DNA from: an uncultured Acidimicrobiales bacterium | GTDB lineage: Bacteria > Actinomycetota > Acidimicrobiia > Acidimicrobiales > VFJN01 | DNA length: 64,000 nucleotides | Reading direction: 5' to 3' | NCBI GenBank assembly: GCA_963735375.1 | Contig: CAVTKS010000007.1 | Coordinates: forward strand, 10,434 to 74,433 | Shown: one piece after another, positions 22,380-33,199 of the stretch | How the letters are laid out: each line of letters begins with the position of its first letter | Numbering within the stretch: the stretch's first letter is position 1 | Notes under the pieces: model-generated | Told to the model about the DNA's origin: nothing | The model's input: the letters and a program-made list of their open reading frames with translations, nothing else | Database searches by the model: none | Position numbers and translations under genes: made by a program

Positions 22380-22610
22380 TCAGCCGAGCATGAGCGACAG
22401 CGCCACCACGGAGAACGCCCAGACGAGGGCCACCACCACGGTGATGCGGTCGAGGTTGCGCTCCATGACGGTGGACCCCATGGCGCTGGCCCCCATGCCG
22501 CCACCGAACATGTCGGACAGGCCGCCGCCCTTGCCGCTGTGCAGCAGCACGAGGACGATCATGATGAGCGACGCGGCGACGTTGAGCGCGGCGGTGATGG
22601 CGGTGAGCAC
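22380..22610 (-). CDS. secG: Preprotein translocase subunit SecG
   Basis: LVLLHSGKGGGLSDMFGGG..ERNLDRIT; two TM helices. Confidence 0.92.
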   Translation of the reverse strand: MLTAITAALNVAASLIMIVLVLLHSGKGGGLSDMFGGGMGASAMGSTVMERNLDRITVVVALVWAFSVVALSLMLG

Positions 22611-22665
22611 GGGGGCGGGGTCTCCTCGGACGGCGGAGCGGCCAGGATAGTGCGCGGGCGGCGCG

Positions 22666-23733
22666 CTACACGACCGCGTGCGTCTGTGCGAAGTGGCAGG
22701 CCACGGGGTGGTCGATGTCGCTCGACGGACGGATCTCGAGGAGCGGCTCCTGCTCGACGCAGGCCGACGTGTCCACGCCGGCGACGTCGAGCTCGAGCTT
22801 GCGCCAGCACCGGGTGCGGAAACGGCACCCGGACGGCGGGTTGGCCGGGCTGGGCACGTCTCCGGTGAGAAGTATGCGCGCGCGGGTCTTCTCGCGACGG
22901 GGGTCGGGCAGCGGGATCGCGGACAGCAGCGCCTGGGTGTAGGGGTGGCCCGGCTTCTCGTAGATCGCCTTGCGGTCGCCCTTCTCGACGATCTTGCCCA
23001 GGTACATCACCGCGACCCGGTCGGAGATGTGGCGCACCACGGACAGGTCGTGGGCGATGAAGACGTAGGCCAGGCCCAGCTCGTCCTGCAGCCGCTGGAG
23101 CAGGTTGACGACGCCGGCCTGGATCGACACGTCGAGGGCCGACACCGGCTCGTCGAGCACGATCATCTCCGGCTCGAGGGCCAGGGCCCGGGCGATGCCG
23201 ATCCTCTGGCGCTGGCCGCCGGAGAACTCGTGCGGGAATCGGTTGGTGTGCTCCGGGGCCAGACCGACGGTCTGGAGCAGCTCGGCCACGCGAGCCTGGA
23301 TCTGTTCCTTGGACCAGCCGAAGTGCACCTTGAGCGGTTCGGTCAGCGTGGCGCCGATGGTCATGCGGGGGTTGAGCGACGCGTAGGGGTCCTGGAAGAC
23401 GATCTGGAACCGCCGACGCATCTCGGAGAGATCCTTGCCCTTCATGCGACTGATCTCCCGGCCGTCGAAGACGACCGAGCCTGCAGTGGGCCGGATCAGG
23501 TTGAGCAGCAGGCGCCCGGTGGTCGACTTGCCGCATCCCGACTCGCCCACCAGGCCGAGGGTCTCGCCCTTGGCGACCTCGAGATCCACCCCGGCGACCG
23601 CCGAGACCTGCCCCACCGTGCGGCTGAACAAGCCGCCGCGGATAGGGAAGTCCTTCACCAGGTCGCGAGCGACCAGCAGCGGCTGGCCCGCGTCCTCGAC
23701 ACCCTCGGTCTCGAGCGCGGCGTCGATGCTCAT
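22666..23733 (-). CDS. Oligopeptide/dipeptide ABC ATPase (OppF/DppF)
   Basis: GESGCGKST, FSGGQRQR, LDEPVSALD, C-terminal PSGCRFRTRC. Confidence 0.9.
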   Translation of the reverse strand: MSIDAALETEGVEDAGQPLLVARDLVKDFPIRGGLFSRTVGQVSAVAGVDLEVAKGETLGLVGESGCGKSTTGRLLLNLIRPTAGSVVFDGREISRMKGKDLSEMRRRFQIVFQDPYASLNPRMTIGATLTEPLKVHFGWSKEQIQARVAELLQTVGLAPEHTNRFPHEFSGGQRQRIGIARALALEPEMIVLDEPVSALDVSIQAGVVNLLQRLQDELGLAYVFIAHDLSVVRHISDRVAVMYLGKIVEKGDRKAIYEKPGHPYTQALLSAIPLPDPRREKTRARILLTGDVPSPANPPSGCRFRTRCWRKLELDVAGVDTSACVEQEPLLEIRPSSDIDHPVACHFAQTHAVV

Positions 23734-24989
23734 CACCTCGCCTCCTGCTCGCGCTCGTCGTCGGGCGGTGGCTCGGGCCACACGTCGGCGCGGTTGTCGA
23801 GCGCGTCTTCGGTGACGCCTGGGTGGGCGACACCCTCCTCGACGATCGTGTCGTGGACCTCGACACGGCCCTCGTCCTCGGTCTCGGGGCCGAGCACGGC
23901 GTCGAACAGCTCCTCGTCGGCCACCACGTCGACCTGCTCGCGCAGCGACTCGATGGTGACATCGGCCAGCTCTTCGCTGTAGTGGCAGGCCGCCGTATGG
24001 GCGTCGCCGGCCACCAGGCGCAGGGCGGGTACCTCGCCGTCGCACAGGCCGGGCAGGCGGGCGAAGCGGCACCGCGGGTGGAACGCGCACCCCGTGGGCT
24101 TGCGGATGAGCGACGGCGGCGAACCGGTGATGGGGACGAGCGGCTCGTCACCGACGTCGTCGAGGCGGGGCAGGCTGGCCAGCAGCCCCAGCGTGTAGGG
24201 GTGCCGGGTCTCGTAGAAGACCTCGTCCGTCGTACCCAGCTCGACCTGCCGGCCCGCGTACATGACCATCACCCGGTTGGCCAGGCCCGCGACCACACCC
24301 AGGTCGTGGGTGATCAGCATGATGGCCGAGTCGATCTCGTCCTTGATCTCGAGGAGCACCTCGAGCACCTGGGCCTGCACCGTCACATCGAGCGCCGTGG
24401 TGGGCTCGTCGGCGATCAGCAGATCGGGGTTGCACGTGATCGCCATGGCGATCATGGCCCGCTGGCGCATGCCACCCGAGAACTCGTGGGGGTACATGTC
24501 GGCCCGCTTGCGCGACTCGGGGATCCCGACGAGGTCGAGCATCTCGACCGACTTCTCGAAGGCCTGCTTCTTGTTGATGCCCTCGTGGATGCGGGCCATC
24601 TCCGAGATCTGACGGCCGACCGTGTGGACCGGGTTGAGCGCCGTCAGCGGGTCCTGGAAGATCATGGCGATCTCGTTGCCCCGTATCTTGCGGAGCTCGT
24701 CCTCCGGCAGCGTGAGCAGGTCGCGCCCCTTCCAGAGGATCTCGCCTCCGGTGATGTCGAGCGTGGGCTGGAGGCCCAGGATCGCCATGGCGGTCACCGA
24801 CTTGCCGGAGCCTGACTCGCCCACGATCGAGAACACCTCGCCGCGGCTCACGTCGAACGAGACGCCGTCGACCGCCTGCACCCGGCCGTCGTCGGTGTCG
24901 AAGCCCGCGCGCAGGTCGCGGATCGAGAGCAGCACGTCCTTGCCGGCGGTCGCCGCTCCCCCGAGGGGTGTCGTCACTACATCGGTCAT
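23733..24989 (-). CDS. Oligopeptide/dipeptide ABC ATPase (OppD/DppD) with acidic C-terminal tail
   Basis: [33 protein letters not shown]. Confidence 0.9.
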   Translation of the reverse strand: MTDVVTTPLGGAATAGKDVLLSIRDLRAGFDTDDGRVQAVDGVSFDVSRGEVFSIVGESGSGKSVTAMAILGLQPTLDITGGEILWKGRDLLTLPEDELRKIRGNEIAMIFQDPLTALNPVHTVGRQISEMARIHEGINKKQAFEKSVEMLDLVGIPESRKRADMYPHEFSGGMRQRAMIAMAITCNPDLLIADEPTTALDVTVQAQVLEVLLEIKDEIDSAIMLITHDLGVVAGLANRVMVMYAGRQVELGTTDEVFYETRHPYTLGLLASLPRLDDVGDEPLVPITGSPPSLIRKPTGCAFHPRCRFARLPGLCDGEVPALRLVAGDAHTAACHYSEELADVTIESLREQVDVVADEELFDAVLGPETEDEGRVEVHDTIVEEGVAHPGVTEDALDNRADVWPEPPPDDEREQEAR

Positions 24990-24992
24990 CGG

Positions 24993-25907
24993 TTACTTCA
25001 GCTTCGGGTCGAGGGCGTCGCGCAGGCCGTCGCCCACGAACACGAACGCCAGCACGGTCAGGAAGATGGCTGCACCCGGGAAGAACAGCAGGTGGGGTGC
25101 ACTGGTCAACGCCCCCTTGCCCTGGGCGACCATGAGCCCCCAGGCAGGAGTCGGGTTCTGTGGCCCGACGTTGAGGAACGACAGCGCCGCCTCCGCCAGG
25201 ATGACGCTGCCGACGGCGATCGTGCCGTAGACGATGATCGGCTGGAGCGCGTTGGGGAGGATGTGGCGGAACATGATGCGCGACTTCTTGAACCCGAGCG
25301 CCGTCGCCGCCTCGACGTACTCGAGTCGCTTCAGCGACAGGAAGCTCGATCTGACGATGCGGGCCATCGCCAGCCAGCCCGTCAGGCCGAGCACGAGGAT
25401 GATCGCGTTCTCGGTGCGGCCGAGCACCGAGGCGATGGCCACGGCGAGCACGATGTAGGGGATGGCGAGGAACACGTCGATCAGCCGGGTGATCAGCGTG
25501 TCGGACAGACCGCCGAAGAACCCGGCGATCGCGCCGAACAGCAACCCGATGACCAGCGAGATGGCGGTCGCCAGGAACCCGATGCGCAGTGAGACGCGCG
25601 CCCCGTACACGACTCGGCTGAACACGTCGCGACCGATGTCGTCGGTGCCGAATATGTGGTCCAGCGAGGGGGGTTGGCGGAACTCGGACGTGCGCTCGGT
25701 GATGCTGTAAGGCGCAATCAGTGGTGCGAAGATCGCCACGAGCACGAGCAGGATCAGGAACACGAGCCCGACCATCGCCAACCGGTTGCGGCGGTAGCGC
25801 TTCCACACGTCGGCGCGCAGTGGGCGGGCCTCGCCCAGGTCGTCGGCGCCTGGCGCCTCGGGGACGCCGGTGACAGTGACAGGAGCACCCGGTTCGGCGA
25901 TCGTCAT
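24993..25907 (-). CDS. ABC peptide permease (OppC/DppC)
   Basis: [12 protein letters not shown] motif [15 protein letters not shown]. Confidence 0.9.
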   Translation of the reverse strand: MTIAEPGAPVTVTGVPEAPGADDLGEARPLRADVWKRYRRNRLAMVGLVFLILLVLVAIFAPLIAPYSITERTSEFRQPPSLDHIFGTDDIGRDVFSRVVYGARVSLRIGFLATAISLVIGLLFGAIAGFFGGLSDTLITRLIDVFLAIPYIVLAVAIASVLGRTENAIILVLGLTGWLAMARIVRSSFLSLKRLEYVEAATALGFKKSRIMFRHILPNALQPIIVYGTIAVGSVILAEAALSFLNVGPQNPTPAWGLMVAQGKGALTSAPHLLFFPGAAIFLTVLAFVFVGDGLRDALDPKLK

Positions 25908-26911
25908 GATTGGTCTCCCTTCCCCAGGCGGATGCGCGGATCGAACCAGGCGTACGAAACGTCGACCAGCAGGTTGATCACCGCGAAGGCGATGACGACC
26001 ACGAGCGTGAGCCCGAGGATCACCGGCAGGTCACGTTGCGCGACGGAGCTGGCGATCTGCGACCCCAGGCCCGGCCACGAGAACGTGGTCTCGGTGAGGA
26101 CGGCCGCGCCGATGACGGTGCCGAAGTCGATGCCGATGAGGGTCACGACGGGCAACATCGCATTGCGCAGGCCGTGCTTGAAGACCACGTTCCGCTCGGT
26201 CAGACCCTTCGCCCGTGCCGTGCGCATGTAGTCGGCGCGCAGCACCTCGAGCATCGAACCGCGCATCATGCGGGCGGCCAACGCCGTGGAGACCGAGGCG
26301 AGCGTGACGGCAGGCAGGATCAGGTAGCGCCACTGCTCGCCGGTCGGGATGAAGAAGAAGGTCCAGGTATCGGGCCCGAGCCCCGAGGTGCGCAGGCTCG
26401 CCCATTCGGGCCAGCCCAGCTTGTTGGGTTGGACGGCGAACAACCACTGGAGCACAAAGCCCAGCACGAACACGGGGATTGCCGAAGCCGCCGCCGTCAG
26501 GATGGTGGTGACGCGATCACCGATCGAGTAGCGGCGTATGGCCGACAGGAGGCCGACCGAGATGCCGACGATGATCTCGATGATGATCGCCCAGATGCCC
26601 AGGCGGATGCTGTTGACGGCCTTCTCGCCGAGGATGTCGTTGACGCTGCGGCGGTTGAGGAACGACTCGCCCAGATCCCACTGGATCGTGCGCTGCCAGT
26701 AGTCGACGAACTGGGTCGGCAGCGGATCGTCGAGCCCGTACCGCTCGTTGACGCGCTCGATCACACCGGGGTCGATGGCGCGGTCGGCGCCGCCCGCGAT
26801 GAGGCGCGCCGGGTCGCCCGGCAGGGCGAAGAACAGGAAGAACAGGAACGACAGTGCCAGGAACACCGTCGGGATGATGAGCAGGAAACGGCGGATGATG
26901 TAGCTGGTCAT
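25904..26911 (-). CDS. ABC peptide permease (OppB/DppB)
   Basis: LPGDPA, DYMRTARAKGL, HGLRNA. Confidence 0.9.
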   Translation of the reverse strand: MTSYIIRRFLLIIPTVFLALSFLFFLFFALPGDPARLIAGGADRAIDPGVIERVNERYGLDDPLPTQFVDYWQRTIQWDLGESFLNRRSVNDILGEKAVNSIRLGIWAIIIEIIVGISVGLLSAIRRYSIGDRVTTILTAAASAIPVFVLGFVLQWLFAVQPNKLGWPEWASLRTSGLGPDTWTFFFIPTGEQWRYLILPAVTLASVSTALAARMMRGSMLEVLRADYMRTARAKGLTERNVVFKHGLRNAMLPVVTLIGIDFGTVIGAAVLTETTFSWPGLGSQIASSVAQRDLPVILGLTLVVVIAFAVINLLVDVSYAWFDPRIRLGKGDQS

Positions 26912-26933
26912 CGTTACCCTCGAGGGAAGGGCA

Positions 26934-26959
26934 GCCGGGGGCGCTCACGCGCCCCCGGC
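26934..26959. terminator. Perfect intercistronic hairpin after the SBP gene (mRNA stabiliser/partial terminator)
   Basis: GCCGGGGGCGC-TCAC-GCGCCCCCGGC; a second imperfect hairpin lies at ~26970-26995. Confidence 0.5.
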
Positions 26960-26994
26960 CACCACCTTGCAGGACCCTGTGATCAGGGACCTTG

Positions 26995-28692
26995 TCAGCT
27001 CTTGACGAACACCTTCTCCCAGATGATGAGCCCGAAGTTGGTCTGGGTGAAATCACCCAGCTTGTCCTCGTTGAAGACGTAGTCACCGCGGTACCAGACC
27101 ACGGGGATGACCGCCACGTCGTCGAGCAGCATCGTCTCGGCCTGCTGGAACAGGTCAGCCTGCTCCGCGGGGTCGACCGTCGCCTTGGCCTCGTCGACAA
27201 GCTCGTCGAACTCGGGGTTCGAGTAGTACGAGTAGTTGTTCCCGCCGATGGCGTCGGTGTGGAACAGGTCGTACATGAAGTTGTCGTACGTCGGGTAGTC
27301 GGCGAACCAACCGGCCCGGCAGATGGTGCAGGCACCGTCGGCGAGCTGCGTGAAGTAGGTCTCGGTGTCGATGCCCTCTTCGACCGCCTCGATGCCGATC
27401 GCGCTGAGGTTGTCGATCATGATCGCCACGACGTTCTCATGGCCGGCACCCAGGTTGTACTGGATCCGCAGCGGCTCGGTGAGCTCGTTGCCCTCGGCCA
27501 CCCACGCGTCGAAGTTCTCCTGGGCGGCCTCGACGTCGTACCCGCAGTCGGCGCACAGGTCGGCCGCCCAACCCGGGATGCCCTCGGGCGTCACGCCGTT
27601 GGAGACCGTGCGGCTGTCCTCGTAGACGGCCGCATTGATCTCGTCGCGGTTGAGCGACTGCGAGATGGCCTTGCGGAGCAGCAGGTTCTCATCGCCGCCC
27701 AGCACCGGGTCTTCCATGTTGATGTCGAAGTGGTACGAACCGAGGATCGACACGTCGAGCGTGTTGGCGTAGGCACTGGTGGCCTCGTTGACACGCCCGG
27801 GCGGGATCTGAGCCGTATCGCCCTCGCCGGCCTCGAACGAGTTGTACGAGGTGTCGGGGTCGGCCGACACCCGGAACGTGAGGGTGTCCACGTAGGGCTG
27901 CTCGGGAAGAGCGAAGGCCTCGTCGTACTTGGTGCCGTCCCATTCGGGGTTGGGCACGAGCACGATCTCGGTGTCGGTGCGGGCCGTGTCCAGCATGAAC
28001 GGGCCGTTGCCGACCATCAGGCCGTTCTCCCACTCGTTCTGATCGGCCAGATCGTCGACGTCGGACGGCATCGGCATGAACAGCTGGAAGCCGGCGACGG
28101 CCGGGAAGTTCGAGTACGGCGCGCTGAGCGTGACCGTGAGGGTCATCGCGTCGTCGTCGACCTCGACACCGGCAAGCGTGTCGGCCGTGCCGTCGAGCTT
28201 CTCGGCACCGCCCTCGATGAAGTTCATCAGGTACGAGTAGTCGCCCGCGAAGTCGGGGTCGCTGGCACGTTCCCACGCCCGCGAGAACGAGCTCGGGAGC
28301 ACCTGTTCACCGCTCGAGAAGAAGAGCTCGTCGCGGATGGTGAACGTCCACTCGGTGGCGTCTTCGTTGGACTCGAACGACTCGGCAACCTGCGGCACGA
28401 TCTCCGGGTTGTCGGGATCGCTGGCATCGATGTCGGTCAACCCGTCGTAGAGCGAGTTGACCACCTGGTAGGCATCGAGCGTCGAGTTGAGTGCCGGATC
28501 GATGTGTTCGGGCGGGTCGCCCACGAAGGTGCCGAGGTCTACGACCTCGCCGCCCTGGGTCGGCTCTTCGCCGCTTGCCCCTGTGTCACCGCTGTCGCCG
28601 CTCTCGTCGTCATCGCCGCCACAGGCGGCAGCCACGAGAGAGAGTCCCAGGATGAGAGCAAGGAGCTTTACGCCCCTGCGCTGTCGTCTCAC
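26995..28692 (-). CDS. Family 5 ABC substrate-binding lipoprotein (OppA-like)
   Basis: Lipobox VAAAC, LYDGL, WTFTIR, VGNGPF, RAGWFADYP. Confidence 0.9.
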   Translation of the reverse strand: MRRQRRGVKLLALILGLSLVAAACGGDDDESGDSGDTGASGEEPTQGGEVVDLGTFVGDPPEHIDPALNSTLDAYQVVNSLYDGLTDIDASDPDNPEIVPQVAESFESNEDATEWTFTIRDELFFSSGEQVLPSSFSRAWERASDPDFAGDYSYLMNFIEGGAEKLDGTADTLAGVEVDDDAMTLTVTLSAPYSNFPAVAGFQLFMPMPSDVDDLADQNEWENGLMVGNGPFMLDTARTDTEIVLVPNPEWDGTKYDEAFALPEQPYVDTLTFRVSADPDTSYNSFEAGEGDTAQIPPGRVNEATSAYANTLDVSILGSYHFDINMEDPVLGGDENLLLRKAISQSLNRDEINAAVYEDSRTVSNGVTPEGIPGWAADLCADCGYDVEAAQENFDAWVAEGNELTEPLRIQYNLGAGHENVVAIMIDNLSAIGIEAVEEGIDTETYFTQLADGACTICRAGWFADYPTYDNFMYDLFHTDAIGGNNYSYYSNPEFDELVDEAKATVDPAEQADLFQQAETMLLDDVAVIPVVWYRGDYVFNEDKLGDFTQTNFGLIIWEKVFVKS

Positions 28693-29100
28693 TTGGAGGA
28701 CCTCCTGCTGATGGTCATGGGACCGCGAGGAGAGACGTACGGGGCAACTGGTCGACCCGGCACGCGGGCCGGTGTACCGGCCCCCGCACCGAGGAACGAG
28801 CCACGGCTGTCGTCACGGCGACTCTCCCTGCGGGTGTTCGCATGCGGGGACGCTTTGACGCGCTCCCAGTGAACGGCCGGAACTTAGCAGGAACGTCTCG
28901 CCCGATGCCGTTCTGGTGTTGCCGATGGCCAGAACATCGCCTGTCTCCTGGGCATTCACAGCAGCTCACAACCAGATCGTCACGCAACCTGTACGTTGTC
29001 AGGGCGCCCCGACCCGGCGGTCGTCCACCCGCTCCGTGATAGCACGCTGTGTCGCGGGTCACCCCATCGAGGCGGAGAATGCCCGCCCGTGAGCGACGGG

Positions 29101-29892
29101 TCAGGCGCGGTCGCGGTAGCGCACGATGCCGGCGAACGACTCGGACTCGAGGCTGGCCCCGCCGACCAGGGCACCGTCGACGTCCGGGCACGCCATCAGC
29201 TCCGCCGCGTTGGTCGGCTTGACCGAACCGCCGTACTGGATGCGCACGGCGGCGGCCGTGTCGGCCCCCTTCAGCTCGGCGACCGTGGCGCGGATCGTGC
29301 CGCACACCGCCTGGGCGTCGTCGGGCGTGGCCGTGCGGCCCGTGCCGATGGCCCAGATCGGCTCGTACGCGATGACCAGCCCAGCCGCCTGCTCGGTGGA
29401 CAGACCGGCCAGCCCGGCGGTGACCTGACCGGTCACCTTGGCCTCGGTGGTGCCGGCCTCGCGCTCGTCGAGCGTCTCGCCGACGCAGAGGATGGGCGTC
29501 ATCCCCCACGTGTAGATGGCGTGCACCTTGAGGTTGACCGTCTCGTCGGTCTCGCCGAACAGCTCGCGCCGCTCGGAGTGCCCGGCGATGACGTAGGCCA
29601 CGTCGAGCTTCGCCAGCATCGCCGGTGACACCTCGCCGGTGAAGGCACCGCTGTCCTCCCAGTGACAGTTCTGGGCACCGATCGCGATCGGGACCGGGTC
29701 CTTCTCGGCCAGGAAGTAGGTCTGGACGGTGCGGATGTCGGTGAACGGCGGGTGGATCGACACGTCGACCACGTCGAAGTCCTCGGCCGTCAGCTCGTAG
29801 GTCAGCTTCTGGACGAGCGCCGTCGCCTCGAAGTGGTTGAGGTTCATCTTCCAGTTGCCGCTGATCAGCGGCTTGCGCACGATGTCGATCAT
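29101..29892 (-). CDS. tpiA: Triosephosphate isomerase
   Basis: GNWKMN, GHSERR, AYEPIWAIGTG, YGGSV, LVGGASL. Confidence 0.97.
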   Translation of the reverse strand: MIDIVRKPLISGNWKMNLNHFEATALVQKLTYELTAEDFDVVDVSIHPPFTDIRTVQTYFLAEKDPVPIAIGAQNCHWEDSGAFTGEVSPAMLAKLDVAYVIAGHSERRELFGETDETVNLKVHAIYTWGMTPILCVGETLDEREAGTTEAKVTGQVTAGLAGLSTEQAAGLVIAYEPIWAIGTGRTATPDDAQAVCGTIRATVAELKGADTAAAVRIQYGGSVKPTNAAELMACPDVDGALVGGASLESESFAGIVRYRDRA

Positions 29893-29917
29893 CGTCGTCC
29901 CTTCGTCGGTCCCACCC

Positions 29918-30014
29918 CGAGGCAATAGCGGTCGCTTCTCAACTCTCGAGGCGATGGCGGTCGGGGGCCGACGGCTATCGCCTCGGGAACCGCCGACCGA
30001 CCGCTATCGCCTCG
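29918..30014. repeat. Four copies of a 17-bp motif (2 direct + 2 inverted), REP-doublet-like
   Basis: CGAGGCRATRGCGGTCG at 29918 and 29947; reverse complements at 29969 and 29998. Confidence 0.75.
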
Positions 30015-30042
30015 CCATGAACTCCTCCACCGAACGGCGGGA

Positions 30043-31176
30043 TCAGCCCTTCCACTCGCCGCGGAGAGCCGCCAGGCCTGGCAGGTCGCCCTGCTCGAGC
30101 AGCTCGAGTGAGGCTCCGCCGCCCGTCGACACATGGTCGACCTCGTCGTCGAGGCCGAACTGGGCGAGCGCTGCCGCGCTGTCGCCGCCGCCGACCACGG
30201 TGAACGCCTTGGTGTCGGCCACCGCCTGGGCCACGGCGCGGGTGCCCGACTCGAAGCGCGGGTCCTCGAACACGCCCATCGGGCCGTTCCAGAACACCGT
30301 GCGGGCCTCGGCGATGCGGTCGCCGAAGTCGGCGGCGGAGCCGGGCCCGATGTCGACGCCCATCCAGCCGTCGGGGACGGTGGTGCCGACCTGGCGGACG
30401 TCGCCTCCCGCCGCCGGGTCCATCAGCCTGCCGCCGGGCCCGAGCGCGGTGATGTCGGACGGCAGCACCAGCCGGTCGGCGTGCTGGTCGAGCAAGGTCC
30501 GGCACGTGTCGACCATGTCGCGCTCGCACAGGCTGGCCCCGACCCCGTTGCCCCTCGCCGCCAGGAACGTGAAGCACATGCCGCCCCCGATCAGCAGCTC
30601 GTCGGCCACGTTGAGCAACGCCTCGATGACCTTGAGCTTGTCGCTGACCTTCGAGCCGCCGAGGATGGCCACGAACGGCCGCTTCGGGTCGGTGCGCAGG
30701 CCGCCAAGCACGTCGACCTCCTTGGCCAGCAGGCGGCCCGCCGCCGAAGGCAGGAACTGGGGCGGGCCGACGATCGAGGCGTGCGCCCTGTGCGACGCCC
30801 CGAATGCGTCGTTGACATACGCGTCGAACCCGTCGACCAGCCGGGACACGAACGCGGGGTCGTTGCGCTCTTCCCCCGGGTCGAAGCGCAGGTTCTCGAG
30901 CAGCTCGACCCCGGGCGCCAGCTCCGCCAGCCGTGCCCGCACGGGCTCGACCGAGTACTTGGGGTCGACCGTGCCCTTGGGCCGCCCCAGGTGGGTGCAG
31001 GCCACGACCTGCGCGCCCTGCGCCTGCAGCCACTCGATCGTGGGCAGCGCGGCGCGAATGCGCAGGTCGTCGACGATCTCGCCGTCGCGGATCGGGACGT
31101 TGAAGTCGGCGCGCAGGAGGACACGCTTGCCGGCCAGGGGCGGCAGGTCCTCCAGCACCGGAACGCTGTGGGTCAC
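30043..31176 (-). CDS. pgk: Phosphoglycerate kinase
   Basis: RADFNVP, HLGRPKG, LLENLRF, WNGPMGVFE, HVSTGGGASL. Confidence 0.97.
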   Translation of the reverse strand: MTHSVPVLEDLPPLAGKRVLLRADFNVPIRDGEIVDDLRIRAALPTIEWLQAQGAQVVACTHLGRPKGTVDPKYSVEPVRARLAELAPGVELLENLRFDPGEERNDPAFVSRLVDGFDAYVNDAFGASHRAHASIVGPPQFLPSAAGRLLAKEVDVLGGLRTDPKRPFVAILGGSKVSDKLKVIEALLNVADELLIGGGMCFTFLAARGNGVGASLCERDMVDTCRTLLDQHADRLVLPSDITALGPGGRLMDPAAGGDVRQVGTTVPDGWMGVDIGPGSAADFGDRIAEARTVFWNGPMGVFEDPRFESGTRAVAQAVADTKAFTVVGGGDSAAALAQFGLDDEVDHVSTGGGASLELLEQGDLPGLAALRGEWKG

Positions 31177-31182
31177 GCGCCC

Positions 31183-32196
31183 CTACTTCTGGTTGGCGGC
31201 GCCGACGATCTCGACGAGATCGACCAGGCGGTTCGAGTAGCCCCACTCGTTGTCGTACCAGCCGAACACCTTGACCAGGTTGCCGATCGACTGCGTGAGC
31301 TTGCTGTCGTAGGTGCACGAGGCCGGCGAGCCGACGATGTCGGTCGACACGAGCGGCTCTTCGGAGTACTCGACCACCTTGGCCAGCGGCCCCGACTCGG
31401 CGGCGGCCTTGAAGGCCTCGTTGACCTCGTCGACGGTGACCTCGCGGCCCAGCACGCCGGTGACGTCGGTGAGAGAGCCGTCGGGCACCGGCACGCGGAT
31501 GGACTGGCCGTCGAGCTTGCCCTGCATCGATTCGAGCACCAGGCCCGTCGCCCGGGCGGCGCCCGTGCTGGACGGGATCAGGTTGATGGCCGCGGCGCGC
31601 GCCCGGCGCAGGTCGCTGTGGGGACCGTCCACCAGGCTCTGGTCGCCCGTGTACGCGTGGATAGTGGTCATCAGGCCCTTCTCCACGCCGAACGCGTCGT
31701 CGAGGATCTTGATCATCGGCACGAAGCAGTTGGTCGTGCACGAGGCGTTCGACACCACCTTGTGGCTGTCGCCGTCGAACGTGTCGTCGTTGACACCCAC
31801 GACGAAAGTGGCGTCGGCGCCGGAAGACGGGGCCGAGACGACCACGAACGGCGCCCCGCCCTCGAGGTGCAACGCGGCCTTGTCGCGGCTGGTGAAGATG
31901 CCCGTCGACTCGATGACCACGTCGACACCGAGGTCGCCCCAGGGCAGCTCCTTGGGGTCACGTACGGCCAGCACCTGCAGCGTGTCGCCGTCGACCTTGA
32001 TGCCCTCGGCCGTCGCCTCGATGTCGTAGTCGAGCCGGCCCAGCACCGAGTCGTACTTGAGGAGGTGGGCCATCGTGTCGACCGAACCGAGGTCGTTGAC
32101 CGCGACGAACTCGATGTCGGCGCCCGCCTTCTTTGCCGCCCGGAAGAAGTTGCGGCCGATGCGGCCGAAGCCGTTGATCCCCACACGGATGGTCAT
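31183..32196 (-). CDS. gap: Type I glyceraldehyde-3-phosphate dehydrogenase
   Basis: GINGFGRIGR, SNASCTTNC, WYDNEWGYS. Confidence 0.97.
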   Translation of the reverse strand: MTIRVGINGFGRIGRNFFRAAKKAGADIEFVAVNDLGSVDTMAHLLKYDSVLGRLDYDIEATAEGIKVDGDTLQVLAVRDPKELPWGDLGVDVVIESTGIFTSRDKAALHLEGGAPFVVVSAPSSGADATFVVGVNDDTFDGDSHKVVSNASCTTNCFVPMIKILDDAFGVEKGLMTTIHAYTGDQSLVDGPHSDLRRARAAAINLIPSSTGAARATGLVLESMQGKLDGQSIRVPVPDGSLTDVTGVLGREVTVDEVNEAFKAAAESGPLAKVVEYSEEPLVSTDIVGSPASCTYDSKLTQSIGNLVKVFGWYDNEWGYSNRLVDLVEIVGAANQK

Positions 32197-32302
32197 GTCG
32201 AGTGGACCTCTCTGTCGTCGACGTGGATGCCTGCCCCCGACCCTAGTGGGAGCGGGACGGATGCCACCCAGGGCCGCCCGAGCGGCGCTGAAGCCCCCGC
32301 AC

Positions 32303-33199
32303 CTACCCGACCAGGCCTGCCAGCGCCGCGCCCAGCAGCGCCGGATCGTGGGCCAACCCGTTGGGCCGCACCAGGTCGGCCTCGACGACCTCGACACCCA
32401 CGTAGCCTCGGGGCAGAGCACCCCGCTGGGCCAGCACGACATCGGGCTCGATCTCATGCCGACGCAACGCATCGACGTGGGCGGCCACGTCGTAGCCGCG
32501 GGTCTCGCCCAGTTCGGCGCGGACGTTGCACACGTAGACCCGGCGCCCCGCCGTCCGCTTGAGCGCGTCGCGCACCCCGTCGACCACCGCAGCGGCCAGC
32601 ACCGATGTGAACAGCGAGCCGGGCCCGAGGACCACCTGGTCGGCCTCGAGCAGCGCGTCGATCGCGTCGTCGGGCACGTGGGCGTCCGACGGCCGCACCA
32701 CGACCTGCTGGATGCCGACCGTGCGGGCGATCGCCACCTGGCCGGTGACGTCTCCGCCGTCCCGCAACTCGGCGTGCAGCACCACGGGGTCGACGGTGGC
32801 GGGCAACACCCGGCCGGACACGGGGTCGACCCCGGCCAGCCGGCTCAGCTCGTCGACCGCCGTCACGAAGTCGCCGGTCACGGCATGCAACCCGGCGAGG
32901 ACCAGGTTGCCGAGCGCGTGCCCCTCGACATCGCCACCGGTGAAGCGGTACTCGAGCGCCCCGGCGAACGGGCGGCCGGACCCCGCGGCCATCGCCTCCA
33001 CGCACCGGCGCAGGTCGCCAGGGGCGGGCATGTCGATGGCGCTGCGCAGCCGCCCGGTCGACCCGCCGTCGTCGGCCGTCGCCACGATCGCGGTCGTGCG
33101 CCCGGCGTAGCGCCGCACAGCCCGGATGGTGGCCGCCAGACCGTGGCCGCCTCCGACGGCGACGACGTGTGGTTGTGCGCCGGCGCTCCCCCGGCTCAC
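32303..33199 (-). CDS. yvcK: YvcK/CuvA gluconeogenesis factor (UDP-GlcNAc-binding)
   Basis: VAVGGGHGL, ADDGGSTGRLR, PGDLRRC, GHALGN, LGPGSLFTS. Confidence 0.9.
   Translation of the reverse strand: MSRGSAGAQPHVVAVGGGHGLAATIRAVRRYAGRTTAIVATADDGGSTGRLRSAIDMPAPGDLRRCVEAMAAGSGRPFAGALEYRFTGGDVEGHALGNLVLAGLHAVTGDFVTAVDELSRLAGVDPVSGRVLPATVDPVVLHAELRDGGDVTGQVAIARTVGIQQVVVRPSDAHVPDDAIDALLEADQVVLGPGSLFTSVLAAAVVDGVRDALKRTAGRRVYVCNVRAELGETRGYDVAAHVDALRRHEIEPDVVLAQRGALPRGYVGVEVVEADLVRPNGLAHDPALLGAALAGLVG

Noticed and set aside
28693-29100. 400-bp intergenic region upstream of the peptide-binding protein as a riboswitch or sRNA
   Set aside because: Only short GC hairpins; no motif I can recognise, though an RNA cannot be excluded without a covariance search.
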